Part shown: positions 1 to 11,088 of the stretch, in pieces
Layout: every line of letters begins with the position of its first letter
Numbering within the stretch: the first letter of the stretch is position 1
Assembly (NCBI GenBank): GCA_030295235.1
Contig: AP026137.1
Location: forward strand, 372,001-436,000
Length of the DNA stretch: 64,000 bases
DNA from: Fistulifera solaris
Taxonomy: Eukaryota
Direction of reading: 5' to 3'
The notes under the pieces: generated by a model
Told to the model about the DNA's origin: nothing
Databases searched by the model: none
Seen by the model: the letters and a program-made list of their open reading frames with translations, nothing else
Translations under genes and position numbers: made by a program

Positions 1-1756
1 ATTGCAAACCTTCCGAAGGGCGAGCCCATCCAGAATTCAAGCTTCCGGAGAAGCCACGAACCGTGCTGGGAACTACCCCCAACGCCTCGGCAAACGCACG
101 GTTGCGATTCATTTGCTCGATACTAGGACCCTCACTTACGGCCGAAATCTCTTTGGGAATGTCTTTCGCGATTCCCACGCCCATTGCCGAAGGGTTGGAC
201 CCGAACGTTAAATTCGACATCATCGCACGACGGATGGCTTCCTCTCGCGCTTCAAATTGACGTTGCAATTCCTCAGGATCCGTTTTCTTTACAGCGCTAC
301 CGATGTTGGCAAGTGTCTTGGAGGGTGCTTTTTTCTCCACTTGTCGCTGGGTACTGCGGGAAGCAGGTTCCGCAGGTTTCGGTAGCTGCTGGACCACTGT
401 GGAAAGTGAAGGGAACTCCCAAGCGCGCGGCAAAGCACCGGACCCATGCTGTTGAGTAATATGTGACGAAGACCAGAGTGTATTACTGGACCCTACTTGT
501 TGGCTTGCAGCGACGTCCGGGTTCGCTTCCGTTCGTAACCCTGGATTCAACTCATCATCGATCACCATGAATCCCGATCCGCCGTAGATGCCGTTCTCGT
601 GATCATCTGTGGGAGACTGTCGTGGCCCTGTTGTATTGTTTCGATGCCGGCGGCGACTGTATTGTTCTGCAAAGGCCGCTTCGTGGGCTAAATATTGCTG
701 CATCAAAGTGTTGCTATTGTTGGCAGCGCGATTGCTTTGAGTCACAGTCGAATTTCCAAACATGGCATTCAAAAGATTCCTTGCTTCTTGTTGCAAGATA
801 GCGGCCCTACCGGTGGCTGTGTTCGCTGCGGCACCGGCTGTGGACAAAGTAATCCCTTTGGCATCGTACGCCTCCGTCACGTTCAAATCATGAAATCCAT
901 GTCGTCGCAAGTATCGATCAAGATTATTGATCTCGTCTCTGGTCAAGTCTCGTCGATTGAGTGGATCGATGAATTGCAACTGCGATACCATATAATAAGC
1001 AAGCGCACGTCCATCATATAGATTCATATGTCGGCCTCTTAAATCAAGAGTTTCGGTAGCGTCATCCTTCTTTTGATCAGTATCAACTATCCCATGCTGT
1101 TCACCCCACTGTTCCGCCAAAATGCGTCGCTGACGTTCTTCTTCGGTTTCGCGGGATGTATCGGGAACGACATCCGGAATGGGCCATTCTTCGACCGGAA
1201 GATAGGGTTCATTGGCGACCAAAGCAAACGGAGGGTATTTCAAATCGCGAATATGATCTAGCGTAATGGGATCAACGGCATCTTCGGGAACTTTTGCTTT
1301 CCAGGGGTACTGTTTGTCCGTTGCATTTCGTTTCCGATTCCGCTTTTTCTTGTTCGCGTCCCCTTTCTTTTGTGTCTGTTTCTGCGGCTCCGTTTCTTTC
1401 GGTTGCGGTACGGCGTCCTCCGTCACGCCATTTCCCTCCGGAGCTGTATCTGCTTTTCGATCCGTTTTACTATTCCCATTCCGTTTCGAGCGATTCCTAC
1501 TTCGCGTCTTGGATGGCTGACTAGCGTTCACGTTCGGCGGTGAGGAGTCGTTGTTCACAGGCGTCCCGTTGGAGCTTCCGGCCTGTTTGTTTTTGCCCCT
1601 TCGTCTCTTTTTCGGTGCACCCGATGGACGCGGATGGTTCCCAGTATTCGATGATTCACCATTGTTGTTTGTTGTTGAGGCAAGAGATTCCTGTGCACGA
1701 TCGCCTCCTTGTTGTTTGGGATTCGTCCGTATGACTTGACTCGGAGTGAGATCCAT
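1..1756 (-). CDS. Hypothetical protein, 3'-truncated by the window edge; basic disordered N-terminus and a possible degenerate U-box/RING-like module
   Basis: Translated by hand from ATG 1756 (MDLTPSQVIRTNPKQ...). Contains DAVDPITLDHIRDLKYPPFAL and YDGRALAYYMVSQLQFIDPLNRRDLT. It is absent from the ORF track, consistent with running off the left end. The middle of the frame was only spot-checked. Confidence 0.7.
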   Translation of the reverse strand, partial: MDLTPSQVIRTNPKQQGGDRAQESLASTTNNNGESSNTGNHPRPSGAPKKRRRGKNKQAGSSNGTPVNNDSSPPNVNASQPSKTRSRNRSKRNGNSKTDRKADTAPEGNGVTEDAVPQPKETEPQKQTQKKGDANKKKRNRKRNATDKQYPWKAKVPEDAVDPITLDHIRDLKYPPFALVANEPYLPVEEWPIPDVVPDTSRETEEERQRRILAEQWGEQHGIVDTDQKKDDATETLDLRGRHMNLYDGRALAYYMVSQLQFIDPLNRRDLTRDEINNLDRYLRRHGFHDLNVTEAYDAKGITLSTAGAAANTATGRAAILQQEARNLLNAMFGNSTVTQSNRAANNSNTLMQQYLAHEAAFAEQYSRRRHRNNTTGPRQSPTDDHENGIYGGSGFMVIDDELNPGLRTEANPDVAASQQVGSSNTLWSSSHITQQHGSGALPRAWEFPSLSTVVQQLPKPAEPASRSTQRQVEKKAPSKTLANIGSAVKKTDPEELQRQFEAREEAIRRAMMSNLTFGSNPSAMGVGIAKDIPKEISAVSEGPSIEQMNRNRAFAEALGVVPSTVRGFSGSLNSGWARPSEGLQ

Positions 1757-2294
1757 TTCTGCCTTCACTCGCGTTTTGTATTTCGTTTCCCTTGTCGTGT
1801 TTGTGTACGGCTATTTTTTAGGTTGTTCAATAAACTAGTGGTTGCAACGATGATTATTTACAATTACAAGGGAGTTATAGAGGCAGACCCCAGACGTGAG
1901 ATGACATCCGCAAAACAAAAAACCGTCGCTAGAGTGTCGTCGCGAATGATGGACGCGTCAAGCGATGATACGGGACTGCATGGTCTGATTCCCGGATCCC
2001 TCACAATGGATGGCGATCATTCAATAAGACAGTCGACTACTCCCGCAGTTAAGGCAACCTCGAACTCACGAATCGTCTACTCACATTGATGACGATTCAT
2101 TGTTGTGGAATAGCTCTGTTAAAGGTTTTCAAAGCAAAGCATTGGTTTTCCCATTCGACATCATGATTTCTACTTTTCCTCGTCGAATTTGTGAGTTACC
2201 ACACGCAGGTCTAAGAGTTACAAGGACGGTCTACTACATCTAGGTAGTGCTCTACCATGGAACCTTTAAACGGACTTTTTTTTAGTTTTTAAAG

Positions 2295-4140
2295 TAAGGT
2301 TTGAGCTAGGAGTAATGAGATGACGGAATAGGTTGCTTCGGAAAAGCATTAGGGGGAAAATACTGGGGTCTTCGATAGTGTTGAAACTGAGGAAACAGGG
2401 CTGAAACTTTTATAAAATCAGAGCAAAGAAGAGGTGATCGTTGGCTTCGGAAGAAAAAAAGGTTTGAATTGTACTGGTTGGTAATTTGTAGGTTCTTGAG
2501 TTAATGGTTGATCGCTGTTCGTAAATACTTGCGTTCGTTGATCTTCGTTGGTTTGTAGGTTCTTGTGTTAAATGGTGTTTGTTACTTTGTAGGTTCATGT
2601 GTTCGTTCGTTGTTAATGGGTACTGATTGTTAATTCTTAAGTTCTTGTGTTCGTTGTTTGTAGGTTCTTGAGCTAGGAGTAAAGTTGGCGGGGATTGGTT
2701 GTTTCGGATAAGCGTAGAAAGTTCATACTGGGGTCTTCGAAAAGGTTGAAACTGAGGAATCGGAGATGAACCTTGAAAATCAGAGCTAAGGAGCAGTGAA
2801 TGTCAGCTTCGAAAAGGATAAAAGTGCACTGGTAGTGAAGTCGTCCTTGAAAGTCAATGAAACGGAATCAATAGTCGAGAGTCAAAGAAATCAAAGAATC
2901 AATGTCGATGTAATTCATGTTTGTGGTAAAAGGTACTGTATGTAGGTTCGTAGGGTTCTGTGTTCGTTGTTTGTAGGTTCTTGAGCTAGAAGTAAAGATG
3001 ACAGGGATAAGCTGTTTCGGATAAGCGAAAGCAAGTTCATACTGGGGTCTTCGAAAAGGTTGAAACTGAGGAAACGGAGTTAAAACTTGAAAATCAGAGC
3101 TAAGGAGCAGTGATTGTCGGCTTCGAAAAGGATAAAAGTAAAAGGGTACTGTTTCTTGTGGTCAGATAATCGTCGTTGGAAATCGATGAAACGGATTCAA
3201 TAGTCGAGAGTCAAAGAAATGAAAGGATCAATGTCGACGTAGTTCTTGTTCGTGGTAAAGGTACTGTATGTAGGTTCGTGAAGTTCTGTGTTCGTTGTTG
3301 GTAGGTTCTTGAGCTAGGAGTAAAGATGACGTGGATAGACTCGTTCAAATAAGCAAAAGGGTGTTCATACTGGGGTCTTCGAAAAGGTTGAAACTGAGGA
3401 AACGGAGTTGAAACTTGCAAATCAGAGCGGAGGAGCAGTGATCGTCGGCTTCTAAAGTGGTAGGGCTTGAAGGGGTACTGGTTCTGGCGATAAATTCGTC
3501 GTTGAAAGTCGGTGGATTCAATAGGCGAGGGTCAAATAGTTCAACGGAAATAATTGTCGATGTTGGAAAAGGTACTGGTTCTCTTGTACAAGTTCTTGTG
3601 TTTGTTGTCTTGTTAGTTCATGTGATCGTTGTCTTGTTGGTTCGTAAGTTCTTGAGTTCGTTGTTCTGTTAATTCGTAAGTTTTTAAGTTCGTTGTCTTG
3701 TTAAATCATGTTTTCGTTGTCTTGGTAGTTCGTTGTTCTTTTAGTTCTTGTGTTCGTTTTCTTGCTGGTTCGTAAGCTCTTGAGTTTGTTGTTTTGTTAG
3801 TTCATGTGTGTTCATTGTCTTGTTAAATCATGTGATCGTTGTCTTGTTTAGTTCTAGGTGCACTGGGAGTCATTAAATTGAAGGAAGGCTGCTTGGTTCA
3901 GCAGAGAAGGGGGGAGTACTGGGGTCTTGGTTAAGTCGCTGAGAAATAGAAACGGGAAAATCATTGCTTGAAAGCAACAATCATCGTCGGCTTCGATAAG
4001 GTTTCCTTGACAGAATTTTCGCACGGAGAGAAAACGTAGCGGAGGAAGGCAGCTTAAAATCAAGCAAAGAAAGATACAGGGGTCTTTGCAAAGGAAACTT
4101 GGAAATCGAGGGGGAAGACATCAATATCGTTCGGTTTTAT
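2295..4140. repeat. Degenerate compound tandem repeat with ~315-365 bp units, plus an embedded 8-bp-period G/T-rich minisatellite (~3590-3855)
   Basis: The block TGAGCTAGGAGTAA...TACTGGGGTCTTCGAAAAGGTTGAAACTGAGGAA...AAATCAGAGC recurs with cores at ~2361, 2726, 3040 and 3368, and degenerately at ~3918 and ~4075. GTTGTCTTGTTAGTTC-like units are tandem at 3590-3855. Confidence 0.9.
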
Positions 4141-4753
4141 TCAACAGAATGAAAGTCGAAACAAACATTGGGGAGCAATGAAAGGGGAAATCAACAATCG
4201 GCAGGGCGGCTGGCCAGGCCGCCCGTAGAAAAGTGTACTAAAAACTGTCGTAGGCTGCGGCGCACTTCGATGACAACAAAGAAAGGCTCTCAAAGATGCA
4301 ATACCGAGCGGTTCGAAACAAATTCAATGTCCAATGGTCCGGAATGCCAAAGATTACAATATCAGGTAATATCAAAGCAAAGGTCGATCGGCAACAGAGA
4401 AAAATATATCAATGAATGTAACAGTTGACTCTCCCGAGGAAAGCGAGCACTTCATCGGCAGCCGCCCCATTTCTCCCTCCAATCGTCATCCGCGAAACTC
4501 TTGCTCGCGAAAGATCCAAATCCTCAATGAGTATAGCACAATGTGTAGCGTAGGAGCTCGTACTCGTTTCTACGGTACCGCACGGACGGACCGACGGACG
4601 GACGACGGCGACGTCATATTCTGTCTGTCCCCGTACGGCTTGGAATGATGCGAGGAGGGAAAATCGCACCGATTTTTTTTCTTTCGCGCCATCACAAAAA
4701 CGACAACACGGCAGAATAGAAAAGGATTCACTGCTGAGGCTTCCAATGTCATC

Positions 4754-6145
4754 ATGATGATAAATTCATTTCCCTGTCGGATACTTTTACTCCTATTAAT
4801 GCTGCGACACACGGCGCAGGCCTTCACCGCAACCGTATCAACGACGCGGGGGCCGATTTCCATGGGCGTGGAAGAATTGGCCCAACAATTGGGTGGCCTC
4901 GGTCGAGCGCGATTGGTTTGGGATTATTATTCCATCGGCATCGATCCGGCGGTATACTTTGACGACTCGTGTGAAACAGAATCGATAGAAACCATTCAGA
5001 AATTGTTACCGAGTTCACGGAGGTCACAACCGCTGGGGAAAGAAGCCCTCGATCGTTTGTCATCTCTCTACCCCGCCGGTCGTTTGGAAGGCGGAGTGGC
5101 ATCTTTGTCGCACATTTCACAAAGTCGTGATAAAACGACGAAATTATTACTGCGACTAGCGGATGGATTGGAGGTCGAGACGGTGATTATTCCGTGGGGT
5201 GACACACGCAGTACAGTGTGTATCAGTTCTCAAGTGGGTTGTCGACAAGGTAATTATGCTTTTGTCTTTTTTTTGTCGGTTCGTTTAAAAATTGATAGCG
5301 TGAATTATTCTAAATTTCTTGTTCACGCAGGATGCACATTCTGCGCCACGGGCCGCATGGGAAAGATGCGTTCCTTGACATCGGACGAAATTATTGCTCA
5401 ATTCTTTTTTGCCAAGAAGATCAGTCGCACACATCATTTACCGGAAATTCGTAATGTTGTGTTTATGGGCATGGGGGAACCTGCTGATAATGCGGAGAAT
5501 GTTGTTCGTGCTACTCAAATATTAACAACGCGAGAATTGTTTCAACTTTCCGCCATGAAGGTGACCGGTATGTATGTTCTGTGACTCATGACTAATAGGC
5601 GATACGACTGCTCATCTTTCCTACGTCTCTTCGTCGATTCCGCAGTATCTACAGTAGCACCCACTCCGGATGCCTTTCAACAATTCGTCCATGCACCATG
5701 TGTCCTGGCTTGGTCGGTTCACGCGGCCAACAATGAACTGCGCAAAAAGTTGGTCCCCACAACACAGTATTCCATGGAAGAATTACGACAAGGTCTCATT
5801 GATACATTATTGCAACGTCCCATGAACAATTTTCGAGTCGTCATGTTGGAAGTAGCGTTGATGGATGGCGTCAATGATTCCCTGAAGGAAGCGGACGAAC
5901 TGGCGGAATTTGCCCGCGTCTTGGTCGAACAAGTACCCGGTTGTAAAATGACGGTCAATTTGATCCCCTTCAATGACATTGGTCAACATTTGTACCGCAA
6001 ACCATCCGAAGAACGTGTCGTGGCCTTTCAACGTCGTTTGTGGGAACACGGCATATTTACGCACATTCGCAATACCCGAGGCGACGATGAATCGGCCGCG
6101 TGTGGACAGCTAGCCACGAAAAAGCGCAAAGAGAGGATTGAATAA
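4754..6145 (+). CDS. rlmN: RlmN/Cfr-family radical SAM RNA methyltransferase, probably plastid-targeted; 3 exons (introns 5250-5330 and 5568-5645)
   Basis: Splicing restores [18 protein letters not shown] (CxxxCxxC). [15 protein letters not shown] and [12 protein letters not shown] are present. The signal peptide ends AQA-F. Both introns are GT-AG. Confidence 0.9.
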
Positions 6146-6202
6146 TAATTTATTGAATACTATAAAGATTAAAACTGTGTTACAAATGTTTTTATTGTCG
6201 CA

Positions 6203-7012
6203 CTAGTCCGTCATGGGGACCGCAAAGAAATTGTCGACGGTGACGGACGGCGCGTCGGCATCGGGAATGCGTTCGTACACGGCATAAAACTTATTGCCAC
6301 CTTGTCGTGCTACTTTCTTTCCTTCTTCGGTTTCATGAATCATGGCCTCGACACAAGGATCCTTCGCTTCTTCTTCTGCCGTGAGGCGACGGAACAGAGG
6401 ATGGGCATCACATTTCGCCACGTGCCATTGATGTAATTCCTCGACGTCCGTAATACAATATAATCGACCGATGGTGGGTTTCAATACGTGAGCATATTCG
6501 GAAAGAAGTCGTTCCGAAACGATGCGCCGGGGATGATTCTTGCGCTTGAAATGCGGGTCGGGGAAGCAAAAGAATAATTTCTCGAGTGACGAAGCGGCAA
6601 AGAAATTGGGCAAGAATTTCATGGAATTGGTACGCAGCACACTGCAATTTTGATATAAATTGCCTTCTTTTCGAGCCGCCACAATTCGCAATCGTACATA
6701 TTCTGTAACTTTGGCACGAATTTCCATCCCCAAAATCCTCGCTTCCGGTGGTAAAATTTTCCCCAATGCCATCGTCAGTCCTCCAAATCCACAACCAATA
6801 TCCAAGACAGTCGGTGCTCCCTGCAGTCCAGGATAATGATCAACAGTCCAATCCATGAGATCGGGACGGGTCGGATACGCGAACGAATCGTTGTGTGACA
6901 GTGGATTGCAGTGCGCTCGTTGACGGTAAAACTTTTTCTGCGGTCGATCGCCTTCGGGCGTGATGGCGAGTTTTCGCTTGGTAGTGTCTTCCGCTGACGG
7001 CTCGTTTGACAT
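6203..7012 (-). CDS. TRM8: tRNA (guanine-N7)-methyltransferase, TRM8/METTL1
   Basis: Motifs PQKKFYRQRAHCNPLS, LDIGCGFGGL, LGMEIR, FFCFPDPHFK, ITDVEELHQW and TEEGKKVAR. First ATG (MSNEPS) is at 7012. Confidence 0.95.
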   Translation of the reverse strand: MSNEPSAEDTTKRKLAITPEGDRPQKKFYRQRAHCNPLSHNDSFAYPTRPDLMDWTVDHYPGLQGAPTVLDIGCGFGGLTMALGKILPPEARILGMEIRAKVTEYVRLRIVAARKEGNLYQNCSVLRTNSMKFLPNFFAASSLEKLFFCFPDPHFKRKNHPRRIVSERLLSEYAHVLKPTIGRLYCITDVEELHQWHVAKCDAHPLFRRLTAEEEAKDPCVEAMIHETEEGKKVARQGGNKFYAVYERIPDADAPSVTVDNFFAVPMTD

Positions 7013-7229
7013 GCTGGAGAAGGAAAGGAAAAAGAGGGTAATGAATGTTTGAGTATTAGAGAAGTGATTGGTCAAGTATTAGAAAGAAGAATAAGACTGA
7101 CAGATGACGTCGGATCGACTTTTTTTCAACGACGGATTTTTTTTTCGTGGTCGAAGGCGAGGGCATCGACGTCCAGACCCTTCAAATCTGTACACCTGTA
7201 ACCTGTATACTTTGTAGTCTGGAAATAAT

Positions 7230-7935
7230 GTAGGCGAGCGTCCGTTTTATTGCGTTCTGCAATACAACAATCTTGCAAGTTGCAAGGATTTTCGACGAAA
7301 AGATTTGAAGCGTGTATTGCAAATGCTGCGCAACTAATTGGTTAGTTTTAAAATTCAACTGTATTCAACAACTAGTCTAGGAGAACGAACAAAGATTTCG
7401 TAGACATATTGTTTCGTGACTGAAATGCAGTCTTGGTGCAAAAGGTAAGACACATCATGCTTCATGCTTATATAGTAAAAAATATTCGAGATCTCGGACG
7501 ATCTTTATTCAGCTTTATTGCCACTAGTCTAGTCTGAGGAAAACCATTCGAGGAAGCGCACATGCAGCGGACAAAAATGTGGGTATTGATCCGGATCTTG
7601 AGGTGACAAATATCGTTCTCGGACAAATATTAGCTAAATTCATGACTTACTGAAATGCAGTCATGGTCTCCTTGAACCAACACTTTGGGTCCATAGTAAA
7701 TAGCGGAAGACAACGTTTCGCAAGGATCTTCGACGTAAAATTGGCAATGAAAACGCTGATAAAGGTTATCGGATTTGCAACAACGACGGATAAAGTTCTA
7801 GCAAAAATATTCTAAACGAACGAAACTGTCTAGGCAAATAACGTGGCAACATTGTCGCTCGGAGAGATGTTGTCGTGACTGAATTTCAGTCGTGGACAAT
7901 TGAGCATACATTTTCGCTTATAGTAGATACACTTG
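7230..7935. repeat. Tandem ~230 bp units of a dispersed palindrome-bearing repeat family (locus 1)
   Basis: GACTG-N5-CAGTC at 7418-7432, 7648-7662 (TACTG variant) and 7877-7891. Each is followed ~30-40 nt later by ATAGTA. The region is the reverse-complement homologue of 44100-44600. Confidence 0.8.
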
Positions 7936-8076
7936 TTCCTATTTTGAAACAGACGGAAATTCTGTAGCAGGTAGTTTTATGTCAAAAAATTATAACGACG
8001 CGATCGATCGTATCCTTCATTCAACTTCCAACTTTTATTCCACACCTTCTCTTGTTTTACAACAAAGCAAGAGGGT

Positions 8077-9707
8077 ATGCGCTTCTGGAAAGCGGCTACT
8101 TCATTGCTGTGGTGCAACGTTGACACCCTTGCGTTTACTACGGCTCGTCGTCTTCGTGGAGGTTCCTCGTCGCGCAGCATGACATCGTCCTCCGACGCGT
8201 ATCAGCAGTTACTGCAAGAACTCGATTCCATCAAGCAGTTGTCGCGTGCGGCCAGTGTACTCGAATATGACAAAATGGTATTCATGCCCATGAATGAACA
8301 CAGTTCGATGGAACGAGGAAAACAATCGGCCGCGCTCGCATCGGTGATTCACGAAAAATCCATTCAACCCAAAATCGGGGAACTCTTGGATGAGGCACAA
8401 ACGGTCGTCACCGATCCTGAACAGAAACGTGTCGTAGAACTAGCGCGCAAAGAATACGAAAAGAAAAAACGCATCCCGACCGAATTGGCGGCACGGAAAG
8501 CTCAATTGAAATCGAAAGCCTACAAGGCCTGGACGGAAGCACGCGCGGCGAACGATTTCCGTCTCTTTCAAGAGCCCTTGCGTGAATGCATTGCGACCGC
8601 GATTGAAGTTGCCAACTGCTACAAGACGACAGACGATGATGACCGCAGTGTGTATTCGATTTTGTTAGATAACTACGAAGTGGGCATGGATCCAGCACGC
8701 ATTGATCAAATCTTTGATCAAATCAAAGCCGCTCTCGTTCCGTTAATCGAAAAAGTACTCGGGCCCGATGCCACGGCACCCTCGCAAGAACCACTGCAGG
8801 GAACATTCGACATTGAGCGACAAAAACAATTGTGTCAAACGATTGTCAAGCAAATGGGCTTTGATGAGACGCACGGTCGCATCGATGTCAGTGTCCATCC
8901 GTTCACCATGTCCTTGAATCCCCATGATGTTCGTATCACGTCACGCTTCCGAGAAAATGAATGGTATCAAGGATTGGCGGCGACCATGCACGAAGGGGGT
9001 CACGCCATTTACGAGCAAAATTTGCATCCGGCGTCTCGTCCCATCGACGAAGCCCTCAGCATGGGAATGCACGAAAGTCAATCCCTTTTTGGGAACGACA
9101 CATTGGACTTTCGAAAGAATTTTGGGAGTATGCGACGCCTTTCGTGAATGAGCATTTAGGAACGAATCATGCTCCCGAAGCCTTGTACGGTGCCGTCAAC
9201 TACGCCGAAAAATCCTTCATTCGGGTCGAAGCGGATGAATTGACGTATCCGCTGCACGTGATTCTGCGTTACGAAATTGAACGAGATTTCATTCAGGGCC
9301 AGTTGTCCGTGGAGGAGATTCCCGCGCGGTGGAATTCTGATTTCCAAACATTCCTCGGTTTGGAAGTGCCGTCCGATGCCCAGGGCTGTTTGCAAGACAT
9401 TCACTGGTCTATGCTCGCGTACGGTTATTTCCCCACGTACTTGTTAGGGGCCGCTGCGGCCGCACAACTCGCTCATTACTGTGCCAAGGATATTCCCGAT
9501 ATGAAAGACAAGATTGAAAAGGGCGATTTTTCGGAAATCAAGTCTTGGCTCACCAAGAAGGTGCATCGACATGGCAAACGCTATTCCAGTTTGGATGGCC
9601 ATTTCGAAGCTGAATTGGGTGAACCGTTGAATCCTTCGTATTACATTGACTACTTGGTGAACAAGTACACGGAGTTGTATCAATGTTATTTGCAAATTAT
9701 TGAATGA
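8077..9707 (+). CDS. M32-family (carboxypeptidase Taq-like) metallocarboxypeptidase; apparent homopolymer frameshift at ~9086
   Basis: Motifs GRIDVSVHPF, DVRITSR, HEGGHAIYEQ, HESQSLFWE (across the frameshift), IRVEADELTYPLHVILRYEIE, QDIHW and GYFPTY. N-terminal signal-like segment ends TLA-F. Confidence 0.92.
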
Positions 9708-9735
9708 TACGAAAATAATGTTAGTTAATTACGAA

Positions 9736-11088
9736 TTACTCATCATGGTTATTCATTTGCGTCATTTGTGTTTCAAAGTTCATGGATTGCGTATCCGCTA
9801 CGATGGTCGGTGCTTCCGACACTTGTGTCGATGGATTTTCTGAGACATCTTGCGTCGCCTGATCTTGCGTCGCTTGAGCCAGAATCAAACTCTGTGAGGG
9901 TTCCTCTTCTTCCGTAGACTCGTCCGCTGCATTCGTTTCATTTGCAACGGATGCTTCGTCGCTCGGCTCAGGCTCTTCTTCGGGTTCTCGCATCAAACCT
10001 TCGTTCGAGGCATCCACCGACACGTCGTCCGGCACGGATTTCTTGTTCGCAGGAGGATTCACGAGAGTCGGTTCGTCTTCAAATACGGCTTCTTCTTCGT
10101 CACTGGAATCATCGTGAATCGTTTTGCGACGCTTCGCGATTGGATTATCCGTTCGAGACGGTTCTTTAGCAGTCACGGGAGACGTCTCCTTCTCTTGAGA
10201 GGAAACCTCTTGCGTCGCCTGAGCCAGTGTCAGACTCTGTGTGGGTTCGTCTTCGTCCTGGGTATTCGTTTCACCGGCCTCGTCATTGTCGTTCGCATCC
10301 CCAGTGCCTTCGTTCGACGCTTGGGCGTCTACCGACACGTCGTCGTCCGGCACAGGTTCCTTTTTCCCAAGAGGACTCACGAGAGTCGGTTCGTTTTCAA
10401 ATACGGCTTCTTCTTCGTCACTGGAATCATCGTGAATGGTTTTGCGACGTTTGGCGACTGGATGGGTTGTTGTTTGAGATGTTTCGTTCGCAGTCCTCGT
10501 CACGGGACGAGGAGACGACTGCACCGGATCTTCTTCTCTCAGGACATCATCATACTCTAGCGTCGGATCCTGTGGACGCAATCCCAATTCCAATTCGTGC
10601 AACAATTTCTCGGCTTTTTCACGGCCCAACACGTGTTCGACGTGACGATTCCGGGCCGTATCGCGCAAATGTTGCAAATACGTTTTGACGGGTTGCTTCG
10701 TGCCCAATTGTTCAATCATCAACAAAACATCGGTACTGGAGGATTGCGGCCACAATTCAAAACAAAAGTCGTGATAGGCTTTCATCAACGAGCGTGTATA
10801 TTGGGCAGCACTTTTCGCGTCCCGGGGAATTTTCGAATTCAGGGCTTTAAAATCATCGGGAATACGGATCAATCCATTCAAGCCGGTCAAATGTTCGACA
10901 GTCAATGTGGGACGCTTCTTTTTCTTCTGGGTAACACCGGAATAATCCAGATCGGGGGCATCGTCTTTGCTGCGTTTCTTCTTCCTATCGTCTTCGTCCG
11001 CTTCTCCATGTTGTTCGGATAATAGACGCTCTTCCTCTTCTTCTTCCTCTTCTAAATCACTGTCGAGTGAATCATATAATGTAGCCAT
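9736..11088 (-). CDS. Replication fork protection protein Swi3/Csm3/Tipin with a long acidic, internally duplicated tail
   Basis: RPTLTVEHLTGLNGLIRI...YHDFCFELWP...IEQLGTKQPVKTYL resembles the Swi3 domain. The C-terminus is TQ/SQ-rich. Confidence 0.75.
   Translation of the reverse strand: MATLYDSLDSDLEEEEEEEERLLSEQHGEADEDDRKKKRSKDDAPDLDYSGVTQKKKKRPTLTVEHLTGLNGLIRIPDDFKALNSKIPRDAKSAAQYTRSLMKAYHDFCFELWPQSSSTDVLLMIEQLGTKQPVKTYLQHLRDTARNRHVEHVLGREKAEKLLHELELGLRPQDPTLEYDDVLREEDPVQSSPRPVTRTANETSQTTTHPVAKRRKTIHDDSSDEEEAVFENEPTLVSPLGKKEPVPDDDVSVDAQASNEGTGDANDNDEAGETNTQDEDEPTQSLTLAQATQEVSSQEKETSPVTAKEPSRTDNPIAKRRKTIHDDSSDEEEAVFEDEPTLVNPPANKKSVPDDVSVDASNEGLMREPEEEPEPSDEASVANETNAADESTEEEEPSQSLILAQATQDQATQDVSENPSTQVSEAPTIVADTQSMNFETQMTQMNNHDE

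Noticed and set aside
2..2089. Plus-strand ORFs listed in the track
   Set aside because: They are antisense shadows of the long minus-strand frame starting at 1756.
2410..4428. Short ORFs inside the compound repeat as transposon proteins
   Set aside because: No recognisable domain; frames are not conserved between repeat copies.
4754..7012. RlmN-like and TRM8 adjacency as a functional RNA-modification cluster
   Set aside because: The genes are convergent and probably act in different compartments; chance adjacency is sufficient without synteny data.
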